From Enterobacteria phage GiZh, in sequence record NC_054903.1: a stretch of 64,000 bases of DNA; one strand, written 5' to 3'. This document shows positions 1-9,976 of this stretch, in pieces (within the stretch, counting starts at the first letter, position 1; the number at the start of each line of letters is the position of its first letter). Under the pieces are notes generated by a model that was given only the letters and a program-made list of their open reading frames with translations, had not been told where the DNA came from and did no database searches. Made by a program: the position numbers and the translations under genes.

Positions 1-1
1 T

Positions 2-571
2 GTACCTTCTACATCATCTAATTGGATTCGTGGGGTTGATAATAAAGAAGCACTAACTACCGACGAAGAACGCGCAGCAGAAGAAGAAAAATTAAAGCAA
101 CTTTCACCTGAAGAAAGAAAAAATGCTTTAATGAAGGCTAATGAAGCCCGTGCCGCAATGATTCGCTTTGAAAAATATGCTGATTCAGCTGATATGAGTA
201 AAGACTCAACGGTTAAATCTGTTGAATCTGCCTATGAAGACCTTAAAAAACGGATGGATGACCCGGATTTAAATAATTCACCGGCGGTTAAAAAAGAACT
301 TGCTGCTAGATTTTCTAAAATTGATGCTACTTATCAAGAGCTCAAGAAGAATCAGCCTAATGCCAAACCTGAAACTTCTGCTAAATCGCCAGAAGCAAAA
401 CAAGTCCAGGTAATAGAAAAGAACAAAGCACAGCAAGCTCCTGTTCAACAAGCATCTCCTTCGATCAATAATACTAATAATGTTATTAAGAAAAATACTG
501 TCGTTCATAATATGACACCCGTAACGAGCACGACTGCTCCTGGTGTATTTGATGCGACTGGGGTTAATTAA
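2..571 (+). CDS. 29: C-terminal part of baseplate hub / tail-length protein gp29 (5' end cut by window edge)
   Basis: Reading frame is open from the window start (no stop codons 2..130) to the stop at 569-571, so the listed 131..571 ORF is a continuation; Ala/Lys/Glu/Gln-rich; directly upstream of gp48-gp54 as in T4 order 29-48-54. Confidence 0.55.
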   Translation, partial: VPSTSSNWIRGVDNKEALTTDEERAAEEEKLKQLSPEERKNALMKANEARAAMIRFEKYADSADMSKDSTVKSVESAYEDLKKRMDDPDLNNSPAVKKELAARFSKIDATYQELKKNQPNAKPETSAKSPEAKQVQVIEKNKAQQAPVQQASPSINNTNNVIKKNTVVHNMTPVTSTTAPGVFDATGVN

Positions 572-579
572 GGAATAAT

Positions 580-1674
580 ATGGCAATTGTTAAAGAAATA
601 ACTGCTGATTTAATTAAAAAGTCCGGTGAGAAAATTTCAGCCGGGCAGAGTACTAAATCAGAAGTAGGAACTAAAACATACACAGCCCAGTTTCCAACTG
701 GGCGTGCTAGTGGTAATGACACTACAGGGGACTTCCAGGTAACAGATCTATATAAGAATGGATTATTATTTACTGCATACAATATGTCATCTAGGGATTC
801 TGGAAGTCTTAGATCGATGAGATCTAACTACTCTTCTTCATCTTCGAGTATTTTACGTACAGCTAGAAACACTATTAGTAGTACAGTATCAAAACTATCA
901 AATGGATTAATATCAAATAATAATTCAGGAACAATAAGTAAAGCTCCTATCGCAAACATTCTTTTACCGAGATCTAAATCTGATGTTGATACATCATCAC
1001 ATAGATTTAATGATGTTCAAGAAAGCCTTATCAGTAGAGGCGGAGGTACTGCTACTGGAGTGCTAAGTAATATTGCTTCAACCGCAGTATTTGGGGCGTT
1101 GGAAAGTATAACACAAGGTATAATGGCTGATAATAATGAACAGATTTATACGACAGCCAGAAGTATGTATGGCGGTGCTGAAAATAGAACTAAAGTGTTT
1201 ACATGGGATTTGACTCCACGTTCAACAGAAGATTTAATGGCTATTATTAATATCTATCAATATTTTAACTATTTTTCTTATGGTGAAACAGGTAAATCTC
1301 AATATGCTGCTGAAATAAAGGGGTATTTAGATGATTGGTATCGTTCTACGTTAATTGAACCTTTATCTCCAGAAGACGCAGCTAAAAATAAAACACTATT
1401 TGAGAAAATGACATCGAGCTTAACTAACGTTCTAGTAGTTTCAAATCCGACAGTTTGGATGGTGAAAAACTTTGGTGCAACATCTAAGTTTGATGGAAAA
1501 ACGGAAATATTTGGTCCATGTCAAATACAGAGCATCAGATTTGATAAAACACCTAATGGTAACTTTAACGGATTAGCTATTGCTCCAAACCTCCCTAGTA
1601 CATTTACTCTCGAGATTACTATGAGAGAAATTATCACGTTAAACCGTGCTTCTTTATATGCGGGGACTTTTTAA
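580..1674 (+). CDS. 48: Baseplate-tail tube junction protein gp48
   Basis: 364 aa, same length as T4 gp48; position between 29 and 54; AGGA-type RBS before ATG. Confidence 0.8.
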   Translation: MAIVKEITADLIKKSGEKISAGQSTKSEVGTKTYTAQFPTGRASGNDTTGDFQVTDLYKNGLLFTAYNMSSRDSGSLRSMRSNYSSSSSSILRTARNTISSTVSKLSNGLISNNNSGTISKAPIANILLPRSKSDVDTSSHRFNDVQESLISRGGGTATGVLSNIASTAVFGALESITQGIMADNNEQIYTTARSMYGGAENRTKVFTWDLTPRSTEDLMAIINIYQYFNYFSYGETGKSQYAAEIKGYLDDWYRSTLIEPLSPEDAAKNKTLFEKMTSSLTNVLVVSNPTVWMVKNFGATSKFDGKTEIFGPCQIQSIRFDKTPNGNFNGLAIAPNLPSTFTLEITMREIITLNRASLYAGTF

Positions 1675-2639
1675 TGTATTCTTTAGAGGAATTTAATAAT
1701 CAAGCAATAAACGCAGATTTCCAACGTAATAATATGTTTAGCTGCGTTTTTGCAACAACTCCATCAACTAAAAGCTCTTCGTTGATAAGTTCAATTAGCA
1801 ACTTTTCTTATAATAACTTGGGCCTAAATTCAGATTGGTTAGGATTAACTCAAGGTGATATTAATCAGGGAATTACTACGCTAATTACAGCTGGCACACA
1901 AAAACTGATAAGAAAATCAGGGGTTAGTAAATATCTTATTGGTGCTATGAGTCAGCGTACTGTCCAGAGTTTATTAGGCTCATTTACAGTTGGTACATAT
2001 TTAATTGACTTCTTTAACATGGCATATAACTCATCTGGATTGATGATATACTCTGTAAAAATGCCAGAGAATAGATTATCTTATGAAACTGACTGGAACT
2101 ATAATTCTCCTAATATTCGTATAACCGGAAGAGAATTAGACCCTTTGGTTATTTCATTTAGAATGGATTCAGAAGCTTGTAACTATCGTGCAATGCAAGA
2201 CTGGGTTAACTCTGTTCAAGACCCAGTAACTGGATTGCGTGCTTTGCCACAAGATGTCGAGGCAGATATTCAGGTTAATCTTCATGCTCGTAATGGATTA
2301 CCTCATACTGCGGTGATGTTCACCGGATGCATTCCAGTGTCAGTGAGCGCTCCTGAGTTATCATATGATGGAGATAACCAAATAACTACATTTGATGTTA
2401 CTTTTGCGTATAGAGTCATGCAGGCTGGGTCGGTTGATAGACAAGCTGCGCTTGAGTGGCTTGAATCTGCTGCTATAAATGGCATTCAAAGTGTTCTCGG
2501 AAATAGTGGAGGTGTTACTGGATTATCTAATTCGCTTTCACGACTTAGTAGATTAGGAGGAACTGCGGGGAGCATTTCAAACATTAATACTATGACAGGA
2601 ATTGTCAATTCGCAAAGTAAAATATTAGGAGCAATATAA
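1674..2639 (+). CDS. 54: Baseplate tail tube initiator gp54
   Basis: 321 aa (T4 gp54 about 320 aa); start overlaps gp48 stop (TAATG); followed by hairpin terminator. Confidence 0.8.
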   Translation: MYSLEEFNNQAINADFQRNNMFSCVFATTPSTKSSSLISSISNFSYNNLGLNSDWLGLTQGDINQGITTLITAGTQKLIRKSGVSKYLIGAMSQRTVQSLLGSFTVGTYLIDFFNMAYNSSGLMIYSVKMPENRLSYETDWNYNSPNIRITGRELDPLVISFRMDSEACNYRAMQDWVNSVQDPVTGLRALPQDVEADIQVNLHARNGLPHTAVMFTGCIPVSVSAPELSYDGDNQITTFDVTFAYRVMQAGSVDRQAALEWLESAAINGIQSVLGNSGGVTGLSNSLSRLSRLGGTAGSISNINTMTGIVNSQSKILGAI

Positions 2640-2643
2640 CAAT

Positions 2644-2661
2644 GGGGACCTTTCGGTCCCC
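2644..2661 (+). terminator. Stem-loop ggggacc-tttc-ggtcccc followed by T-rich run, after gene 54
   Basis: Perfect 7-bp GC-rich inverted repeat then ATGTTTTTATTT; sits between convergent gene 54 and the 96-aa minus-strand ORF. Confidence 0.6.
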
Positions 2662-2667
2662 ATGTTT

Positions 2668-2958
2668 TTATTTACGGAATGAAATAAAAGCAGCAACTGA
2701 AGCAACTAAACTGTCTTCAATATAAACTTCAATTTTTACCGGAGCTTCTGACTCAAATTTACCTGTTACTACACCTTGGAAAATACTTTCAGTTTGTTCT
2801 GGCTTTGAAAAATTTTCAGAAGGAAAAATTCCGAACTTTTTATCTGTTCCAAAAATTTTAATAAATTCATCGTAAACTGCTTCATTAAAAGCATTATCAG
2901 CAGGAATAACGCCTTCAACTACAAGTTCTTGACCTAAAAAGCGCAAAGAAGATTTCAT
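2668..2958 (-). CDS. Hypothetical protein (96 aa), downstream of alt
   Basis: ORF with early-type promoter and GAGGA RBS upstream; no recognisable motif. Confidence 0.5.
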   Translation of the reverse strand: MKSSLRFLGQELVVEGVIPADNAFNEAVYDEFIKIFGTDKKFGIFPSENFSKPEQTESIFQGVVTGKFESEAPVKIEVYIEDSLVASVAAFISFRK

Positions 2959-2984
2959 TTTGTGTTCCTCATGTTATGTCAGTA

Positions 2985-3020
2985 AGATTACTATAACACA
3001 ACACGAGGGACTTGTAAACT
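2985..3020 (-). promoter_or_regulatory. T4 early-type promoter (-35 TTTACA, 17-bp spacer, -10 TATAGT on minus strand)
   Basis: Plus-strand tgtaaa at 3013-3018 and actata at 2990-2995; part of a 54-bp cassette nearly identical to 18248..18301. Confidence 0.5.
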
Positions 3021-5076
3021 ACATTTTGAACTTTTTAGACATTCCGTTAATGTTAACCAAAGAAGCTAAGATTTGAGAAACTTCGTTTTCCTCTTCTTTT
3101 GATTCTTCTACAAGGAATTGATTAAATCCAGCCATTGGACGAACTTCACCAGTTTCCATTAAATGGTCGCCATCATATACTGATTCTTCTAATTGTTCAG
3201 AAGGAGGAACGATTGTACCTTCGATTAGATACTTATTATAAGCAGTTTCTTTCATAAAGTACGTACTTACTTTATTAATCTTCAGTAAAATTCCACGTGG
3301 TAGAATAACTTCAGCTTCTGATGGAAATCCTGATAAATGACCTGGAACGATAACTTTGATTCGCTCAGCTCCTTTAATTACCATACCCACGCTAGTTTCA
3401 GCATCTTCATTAGCATATGTAGAATGACTACCCATATACATCAAATCTTCAGCATCAACAGAACCTTCTCCTTCACCAGAAAATACTGCGCCGGAATCAT
3501 CTAGAGCCATATAGTTTTTACCATGCTCACCGAAGATATTTGGTTTAAGCGATGTTGATACGAAGTTCTTGAAATAGAACATTTTATTTTCAATATTATG
3601 ACGTAAAGTTTTAAAGGTAACTTCTTGTCCACGGTAAAGTGTAGTTCCCGGAGGAAGAACTGATCCTTTGGCGAATGCAGAATCCAGCGTCTCGATGTGT
3701 TTAATAGCTCGTTCCATGTATTCTTCACGGGTAGAATCTGGTTTACCTAAAAGGAACGAGTTCATTTCAACATATGAATCTGCACAATAATCTTCAATTA
3801 CATCAGACTCAGCCTGAGTTAATCCTTTTGGAGTTACTTCAGTACTTGCATATTCATATGCCTGGGCAGCAGATTCATTAATCAATTTATAAATGCCATT
3901 CATGACAAATTGAATAATAGCTGTCTTTTCATCTGGTGTGGCTTTAGAACCTTTAACTAAATCATTGATAATTTTCTTAATAACATCAAAGCTATTAGAA
4001 ATATTAATATCAGCAAGATCGCTTAAAATTTTATCAGTTTTATAATCAAAGAATTCTTTATTCTTTAAATATTCTTGAGAACCTTGATATGTTATATCGC
4101 TCTGCAACTTGATGGATGGATCACGTAAACGTGCATGGGCTAATGCAATATGATTTCGGAAGTTTTCTAGTTCATAATCGCTAGATTTAAAACGAGAAGC
4201 ACTTCTCATACCACCGATAGCTCCTTTGCTGAAGTTTGAACCAATCTGAATAACGCCAGAGTTCATTGGTCCTTCTGCTTTATATACCGGAACTTTAGAT
4301 TCAAACTCTTGATATTTCTTGGCAGCGAAGCTATCACCCTGAAGTGAAGCATCGACAGTAGAATATTGAGCTTGTGCTGCTAATCGACGACTAATTTTAG
4401 TTTTCTGAATAACAGCTTGATCCGTGCGCTTATCATTTTCTAAGGCAATAGAAGCAGCAACAGCAACAGCTTTAGGAACAGCATTACCTGTTTTAACATC
4501 CACATAAACATCACCAACCTTTGATTCAACTTTTGTGAATAACTCAGTTGAAATAGGAGGTACACCTGGAATGTCTTCTAAATTGGCATTTTTACGGTAA
4601 ACCATAATATATGCATACTTTTTATCATAATCCCAGATTTCCTTTAAAAGAACATATCGACCTGCTCCTTTAGTACGTACTAAACGGTCAGCAATAACTT
4701 GCATTTGACGAGCTGCGCCATTTGTTTTACTTTTTAGTACGCGGAATAAGCATGCATCAATTTTATACTGTTTCATTGTTTGAAGAGCAGTATCAAAAAC
4801 GGCATTAATGACACCAATTGGATTTCCACCTAAGTTTTTAAGTTTAACTAATGATAGTTTCTCATTGACACCTATCATTACGATATGCATCATTTTATCG
4901 CCTGGCTTAACGTTTTTATTTGTATCACCACCAGAGGTGTATGTACAAAATCTAAATCCAGGAAGCACACTTTCTTCGCCGGCTTGAATAGCAAAAATTT
5001 GAGGTATTTTATGCTTAGGATTTAAGTTAACAACCGGCGCCGAAGCGCCGTCAAATAATTCTGTAATAAGTTCCAT
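3019..5076 (-). CDS. alt: Alt-like ADP-ribosyltransferase, paralogue A (685 aa)
   Basis: Length close to T4 Alt (682 aa); R-S-E ART motifs (YRGQ, FVSTSL, EAEVILPRG); position between 54 and DNA ligase. Confidence 0.8.
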   Translation of the reverse strand: MELITELFDGASAPVVNLNPKHKIPQIFAIQAGEESVLPGFRFCTYTSGGDTNKNVKPGDKMMHIVMIGVNEKLSLVKLKNLGGNPIGVINAVFDTALQTMKQYKIDACLFRVLKSKTNGAARQMQVIADRLVRTKGAGRYVLLKEIWDYDKKYAYIMVYRKNANLEDIPGVPPISTELFTKVESKVGDVYVDVKTGNAVPKAVAVAASIALENDKRTDQAVIQKTKISRRLAAQAQYSTVDASLQGDSFAAKKYQEFESKVPVYKAEGPMNSGVIQIGSNFSKGAIGGMRSASRFKSSDYELENFRNHIALAHARLRDPSIKLQSDITYQGSQEYLKNKEFFDYKTDKILSDLADINISNSFDVIKKIINDLVKGSKATPDEKTAIIQFVMNGIYKLINESAAQAYEYASTEVTPKGLTQAESDVIEDYCADSYVEMNSFLLGKPDSTREEYMERAIKHIETLDSAFAKGSVLPPGTTLYRGQEVTFKTLRHNIENKMFYFKNFVSTSLKPNIFGEHGKNYMALDDSGAVFSGEGEGSVDAEDLMYMGSHSTYANEDAETSVGMVIKGAERIKVIVPGHLSGFPSEAEVILPRGILLKINKVSTYFMKETAYNKYLIEGTIVPPSEQLEESVYDGDHLMETGEVRPMAGFNQFLVEESKEEENEVSQILASLVNINGMSKKFKM

Positions 5077-5079
5077 GAT

Positions 5080-7176
5080 TTATCCTTGAACGAACTTGTA
5101 AGGCATGTTTGTAATATCTATGCAAGACGCAATAATTCCAAGAGATGATTCTACTTTTTGTTTAACATTTGATGAAACAAATGATGCAAAGTCAACTCTG
5201 TCTTCTATTTCAATATCACCTGTCATTGCAACTACTTCGCCGGTTTCCATTAAATGGTCTCCGTCATAGATTACCGATTCGGTGAGTTCTTCGGTGGTCA
5301 TAACTTCAGCTTGAATGAGTTTTGTATTATTAGACGTGGTTCCGTCATTATTAGAAGCATCAGTTATTTTATTAACTTTGACCATCAATCCGCGCGGTAG
5401 AATAACTTCAGCTTCTGTTGCTATTCCGAGATTTCCTGGATATACAACATTAACTTTATGAGCTCCATCAATTGCCCATCCTATTTGAACTTTAACGTAT
5501 TCAGGATTTTCTTTATACGCTCTTATTTCGTTTGGATTAATAGTTATTCCTTCTTCATTTTTATCAACTGTCAATTCATTACGAGCTTCTGGTTCTAAAA
5601 GACCAATACCAGCATGTGTAATTCCAAAACGTCCAAAAATGATAGGAGTTAAAGAAGTAGATACAAAATTTCTGAAATAGAACACTTTATTTTTAACTAG
5701 TGCTTCGTATATAGGAGCAGTCATGCTTTGAGCACGATAAACTGTAATGCCTTCTGGTATACGGTCACCATTTTCAAAAGCTGAATCTAAGTTATTTATA
5801 GCAGATTCAATTTCTTTTTCACTCATTACATCATATCGTTCTGGATTGTAGCGTCCTAAAAGAAGATTATTGATGTCAGTATATCCTGAACCGCAATACT
5901 CTCTAATGCCACGCTTTTGTGATGGAGTATATTTAGAACCATCACGGGCAATAGTAATATCAATCATTGGACCTGCACCAATTCCAGAGAAACTATAAAT
6001 CATTCTTTTGAGGAATTTAGTTTTTGTCGCGTTCCAGGAATTTTTAGTTATTTCTTCCCAGACTTCATCTGGCTGTCCTTTACGTGTTTTATTATGTTTA
6101 TCAAGCCAATTATCTTTATATTCTTCAAAGAATTGATTAACAGCTGCTGCGTATTTCTCTAAACATTTTATTGAAGTAGTTGGTTCATTTTTAATCGCAT
6201 TAAGAATTACATCTTTAATTTTTTCAGAAACTTCATTAACCTCACTTTTTGAAAAGAATTTATAGTCATAATGAAGTTCATCTGCAGTTCCTTCAGCAAT
6301 AATTTTTGCTGCCTTAGTTTTAGAAGCTAATGAATTAATTCCAAGCTTCATTTCTTCTGCTTCGGGAATTAAAGGAGCCGTAGCAGGTTTATTGAAATTA
6401 GCTGCGGTAGATTCATACTTTTGGAATAATTCACTTTCAAATCTAGAAGATTCTAATGATTGACTTTGTGCAATTGCTCTACGGGAAATTTTAACTTTAA
6501 CGATTACAGCTTGGTCAGAACGTTTATCGTTTTCTTGCGCAATAGATGCAGCAATTGCCTCATTTTTAGTTACTTGAGCTCCAGTATCTTTATTGATATA
6601 AACATCACCAACCTTTGATTCAACTTTAGTAAAGAGCTCGGTACTAATTTCAGGAACTCCTGGAATGTCTTCTAATGATACATTTTTGCGATGTATAAGA
6701 ATATATGCATACTTTTTATCGTAATCCCAGAGTTCCTTAAGAAGGACGTATCTACCACCTGAACGACTACGGATAAGTCTATCAGCAATAAGTTGAATTT
6801 GTCGAGCTTGACCAGCAGTTTTAGACTTAAGAATACGGAGCATACAGGCATCAATTTTATACTGACGCATCGTTTGCATCGCAACAGTAAAAACTGAATT
6901 GATGTAATTAATTGGGCTTGGACCGAGACCTTTTAATTTAGCAATTGAACCTTTAGCAGTTAATGTAAAAGGAACAATATGCATCATTTTATCGCCCATC
7001 TTTAAATCGCGATTAGTATCACCTCCAGATGTATAGGTACACAAACGAAAGCCTGGTTGTTCAATTGCGTCATCAACATGAACTGAAAAAATTTGCGGTA
7101 TTTTCTTCTTTGGATTTAAGTTTGTAATCGGAAGAGTAGTATCTTCGTCAAATAATTCTGTAATGAGTTCCATCAT
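5080..7176 (-). CDS. Alt-like ADP-ribosyltransferase, paralogue B (698 aa)
   Basis: N-terminal 230 aa and C-terminal ART region align with paralogue A (MELITELFD..., YRAQ, FVSTSL, EAEVILPRG); central region divergent; TATAAATA late promoter upstream. Confidence 0.75.
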   Translation of the reverse strand: MMELITELFDEDTTLPITNLNPKKKIPQIFSVHVDDAIEQPGFRLCTYTSGGDTNRDLKMGDKMMHIVPFTLTAKGSIAKLKGLGPSPINYINSVFTVAMQTMRQYKIDACMLRILKSKTAGQARQIQLIADRLIRSRSGGRYVLLKELWDYDKKYAYILIHRKNVSLEDIPGVPEISTELFTKVESKVGDVYINKDTGAQVTKNEAIAASIAQENDKRSDQAVIVKVKISRRAIAQSQSLESSRFESELFQKYESTAANFNKPATAPLIPEAEEMKLGINSLASKTKAAKIIAEGTADELHYDYKFFSKSEVNEVSEKIKDVILNAIKNEPTTSIKCLEKYAAAVNQFFEEYKDNWLDKHNKTRKGQPDEVWEEITKNSWNATKTKFLKRMIYSFSGIGAGPMIDITIARDGSKYTPSQKRGIREYCGSGYTDINNLLLGRYNPERYDVMSEKEIESAINNLDSAFENGDRIPEGITVYRAQSMTAPIYEALVKNKVFYFRNFVSTSLTPIIFGRFGITHAGIGLLEPEARNELTVDKNEEGITINPNEIRAYKENPEYVKVQIGWAIDGAHKVNVVYPGNLGIATEAEVILPRGLMVKVNKITDASNNDGTTSNNTKLIQAEVMTTEELTESVIYDGDHLMETGEVVAMTGDIEIEDRVDFASFVSSNVKQKVESSLGIIASCIDITNMPYKFVQG

Positions 7177-7196
7177 ATCCTCTCTAGTGTTTATTC

Positions 7197-7204
7197 TATT
7201 TATA
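7197..7204 (-). promoter_or_regulatory. Late promoter TATAAATA (minus strand) upstream of Alt paralogue B
   Basis: Plus-strand tatttata at 7197-7204 is the reverse complement of the T4 late promoter consensus, 21 nt upstream of the ATG at 7176. Confidence 0.55.
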
Positions 7205-7209
7205 AAATT

Positions 7210-7227
7210 AAAGGCCCGAAGGCCTTT
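7210..7227 (-). terminator. Hairpin aaaggcc-cgaa-ggccttt (UUCG tetraloop in minus-sense RNA)
   Basis: Perfect 7-bp stem; identical hairpin recurs at 53856..53873. Confidence 0.5.
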
Positions 7228-7414
7228 AATAATCTATTGGTAAGAGAGTACGATATATTTCAAACTTTGGACCTTTTTCATAGGCATCAAATGTTTCTGT
7301 GAATTTATTATAAGCATATGCATCTATAAATTCAATCATAATTTGTGATACAGAAGTAGAAACATCTCCACCTTCTTTTTGAGCCACGACAATTGTTTCT
7401 AAGTAAGCTTTCAT
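7226..7414 (-). CDS. Hypothetical protein (62 aa)
   Basis: Small ORF whose start overlaps the ligase stop; no motif. Confidence 0.4.
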   Translation of the reverse strand: MKAYLETIVVAQKEGGDVSTSVSQIMIEFIDAYAYNKFTETFDAYEKGPKFEIYRTLLPIDY

Positions 7415-8874
7415 AGACCAGTTACCTCATGAAAATCACCAAATACATCCTCGAATGTATTAGCTTTAGTTTTATCTTCACGTAAACGAATCGCAATCGG
7501 AAGAAATAATTTAACGTAATCGGTGCGGCCATCAGATTTTAACCAACCATTGCATTCGCACTCTAGAATTTTTCCAATATAATAATTTTGGTTTTCCATA
7601 ATGCGAGTACGGTCAAGTTCATGCGATTTTACACCGGCTTTATCTTTTAAGCCTGAACCAGCATTTACTTTAATTTTTCCACACTCTGATTCAAGAATAA
7701 ATCCACCCGCTTTAGTAGGGTCTTTACGGTGAGGATAAATTCCTACAATTTTTAAATCAACATCAATTACTTCTTTAAATTTATAAAGATTTTTTGAACG
7801 AGCATTTTCCCATAATCCATCGATATTTTTGAGAATAATACCTTCAAGACCTTGGTCAATATACTTTTTATAAATTACCTTAGCTTCATCTAGGTTATTT
7901 ACTACCTGGTTTTCAATTAAAATTACTTTATCATATCCTGATGTCATTTGTTCTAGTTTAGAAAAACGTACATCATATTTTAAACGAAACGCCGGAAGAC
8001 CGTATATTTCTACCAACGGGACATAATCCCAAACCTGAAACTTCATGCATTGAGCTTCTTTTTCAGAAATGGTTCCTTTTAAGGATTTATTGGCGATTCC
8101 ATTAGAAGTAGTACGAGATTCCGCTACTTCGGCGAATTCTTTAGCTTTACTAATTTCAGGATAAGCATCAAAAAGAAAATCTAGGCCTTCTGGTTCCTTT
8201 TTAACTTGCTCATGGTATACCAATTCGCCATCAATTAACACACCTTCTGGATGAATCTGGCGGGCTTCAGCAGTCATTTTGATTAATTCTTCCTTAAGAA
8301 GATCTAATCCTAGATATTCATTACCAGCTCGTGATAAAAGACGAACATCATCTAATTCATCGCCTCGGACTTCAGCAAAACACCGGGCTCCATCTGCTTT
8401 TAACTGTGCAAAGGCTGGAAATTTGATATTCTTACTAATGCCTTTTTCATCATAAGAACTTGCCAGCATTTGAGGTTGTTCAGGAATTAAACCTGGCCAA
8501 ACTTTGTTTGCAATAGATACTGAAGCACCGCATTCAAGGTCTCGCATCATCACCCGACGCAAAACTTCAACATCATCTTTTTTACCGTCAGCAATATATC
8601 CAGTTAATTCCTCAATTGCCGCATTTCCGGTCAATTTCCGAGTAGCTAACGTGAATTCAATGAAGTCAAGCATATCGGTAAGAGTCAACATTCCAAAACT
8701 CTGGGTAGCAATACTAGGTTTAGGCCATTTCTTGATATAATACTGTAACCCACGAGAATAAGTCAGACGATATACTCGTTTAAGCAATTCATTATCTTTA
8801 TTCTTTTCAAGAATTGCTTGCTTCTGCTTAGTTGAACCAATAGATGCTATTTCGTTCAGAATTTTAAGAATCAT
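7411..8874 (-). CDS. 30: ATP-dependent DNA ligase gp30
   Basis: 487 aa, same as T4 DNA ligase; adenylation motif KADGAR (FAQLKADGARCF). Confidence 0.95.
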   Translation of the reverse strand: MILKILNEIASIGSTKQKQAILEKNKDNELLKRVYRLTYSRGLQYYIKKWPKPSIATQSFGMLTLTDMLDFIEFTLATRKLTGNAAIEELTGYIADGKKDDVEVLRRVMMRDLECGASVSIANKVWPGLIPEQPQMLASSYDEKGISKNIKFPAFAQLKADGARCFAEVRGDELDDVRLLSRAGNEYLGLDLLKEELIKMTAEARQIHPEGVLIDGELVYHEQVKKEPEGLDFLFDAYPEISKAKEFAEVAESRTTSNGIANKSLKGTISEKEAQCMKFQVWDYVPLVEIYGLPAFRLKYDVRFSKLEQMTSGYDKVILIENQVVNNLDEAKVIYKKYIDQGLEGIILKNIDGLWENARSKNLYKFKEVIDVDLKIVGIYPHRKDPTKAGGFILESECGKIKVNAGSGLKDKAGVKSHELDRTRIMENQNYYIGKILECECNGWLKSDGRTDYVKLFLPIAIRLREDKTKANTFEDVFGDFHEVTGL

Positions 8875-9140
8875 TGTTCATCCTTTAGAGTTTGGTTTAC
8901 AGCTCTATTATAAATCAATTCATCATTAAGCTCAGTCAAAGACTTGTGGTACGTGGTTCTAACTTTATTTCCTTTCATCCAGTGCTTGACGTAAATGAAA
9001 CCTTGCTCTACGCATTTTTTAAAAATTCGTTCGTCTTTTTGAGCTCGAAATTCTGGATTGCATCTAAAAAATTGATTTACGTGACCGTAATCACGTGTAG
9101 TATTACCTTCATTTTCATAAATAGTGTGAACGACAAACAT
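8871..9140 (-). CDS. Hypothetical protein (89 aa)
   Basis: ORF overlapping ligase start by 4 nt; no motif. Confidence 0.5.
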   Translation of the reverse strand: MFVVHTIYENEGNTTRDYGHVNQFFRCNPEFRAQKDERIFKKCVEQGFIYVKHWMKGNKVRTTYHKSLTELNDELIYNRAVNQTLKDEQ

Positions 9141-9976
9141 TAGAATGCTCCTTGGAAAATATTATCACCACTAGTAGGTCTATTATACAAATACTCTATG
9201 CCACCGGGTTTAATATAGTTCCATGTCTGAAAAGGATGCGTCTGATATGGATGATATAGATTATAAGGATTAAATCCAGGAGTTCTCCAGGTAGTGTTCC
9301 AAGGAAAAGAATCGTTTTTAATCATCTTCTCAATTACATCTTTTATAACTTTTTCACTATCAAAACTTTCTTTATTTTCCTTCGATGGAAAAAGCTTATT
9401 CTCTACATCATTCCATGTATAAACTCGCTGCGCAGTTTTTGGAATATTGTCACGCTCTCCTCGAGCCATCCAATAAACAGGAACATTTAATATTTCACTT
9501 GCATGATCGCAATGGTGAGCGAGATCGTCAATATAACAAATCACGTTATATTTCTCTTTTGCCTTTTTGAACAACTCTTCTTTTGAAGAATCATGACCAC
9601 ACATCAGTACTTCTGAGAAGGCACCAGGAAAAAGAGCGTTCAAATTAAATTGACGATTCAGCAGAGCGTCAATAGAATCACCCAATGCTGTAACAGCTAC
9701 AAAATTATAATCTTCTTTTAATTTGTTAATTACACATAGAGCATCTTTATATGGAGACAAGTAACGAATAAAATCTGATCGATTATATTTTTCAATTAAC
9801 TTGACACCAAGTTCTTCATCGCAATTAAAGAGCTTACCAGGAGAAATAAATTTTTCGTCCTGAATCATTTTTAAAATATGTTCTAATGGAAGATTATATT
9901 TTTGGGCAAAATAAGGAAGACCTGATTGCCAGCTTAAACATACACCATCAATATCAGTCAAAATAGTAGGCTTCAT
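9140..9976 (-). CDS. HAD-superfamily hydrolase-like protein (278 aa)
   Basis: N-terminal motif ILTDIDGV matches HAD motif I (DxDG[TV]); start overlaps upstream stop. Confidence 0.55.
   Translation of the reverse strand: MKPTILTDIDGVCLSWQSGLPYFAQKYNLPLEHILKMIQDEKFISPGKLFNCDEELGVKLIEKYNRSDFIRYLSPYKDALCVINKLKEDYNFVAVTALGDSIDALLNRQFNLNALFPGAFSEVLMCGHDSSKEELFKKAKEKYNVICYIDDLAHHCDHASEILNVPVYWMARGERDNIPKTAQRVYTWNDVENKLFPSKENKESFDSEKVIKDVIEKMIKNDSFPWNTTWRTPGFNPYNLYHPYQTHPFQTWNYIKPGGIEYLYNRPTSGDNIFQGAF

Noticed and set aside
278-586. 102-aa minus-strand ORF overlapping the gp29 C-terminus
   Set aside because: Antisense to a long, open late-gene reading frame; low-complexity translation; likely a shadow ORF
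8504-8740. 78-aa plus-strand ORF inside DNA ligase gene
   Set aside because: Antisense to gene 30, which has the KADGAR active-site motif; shadow ORF
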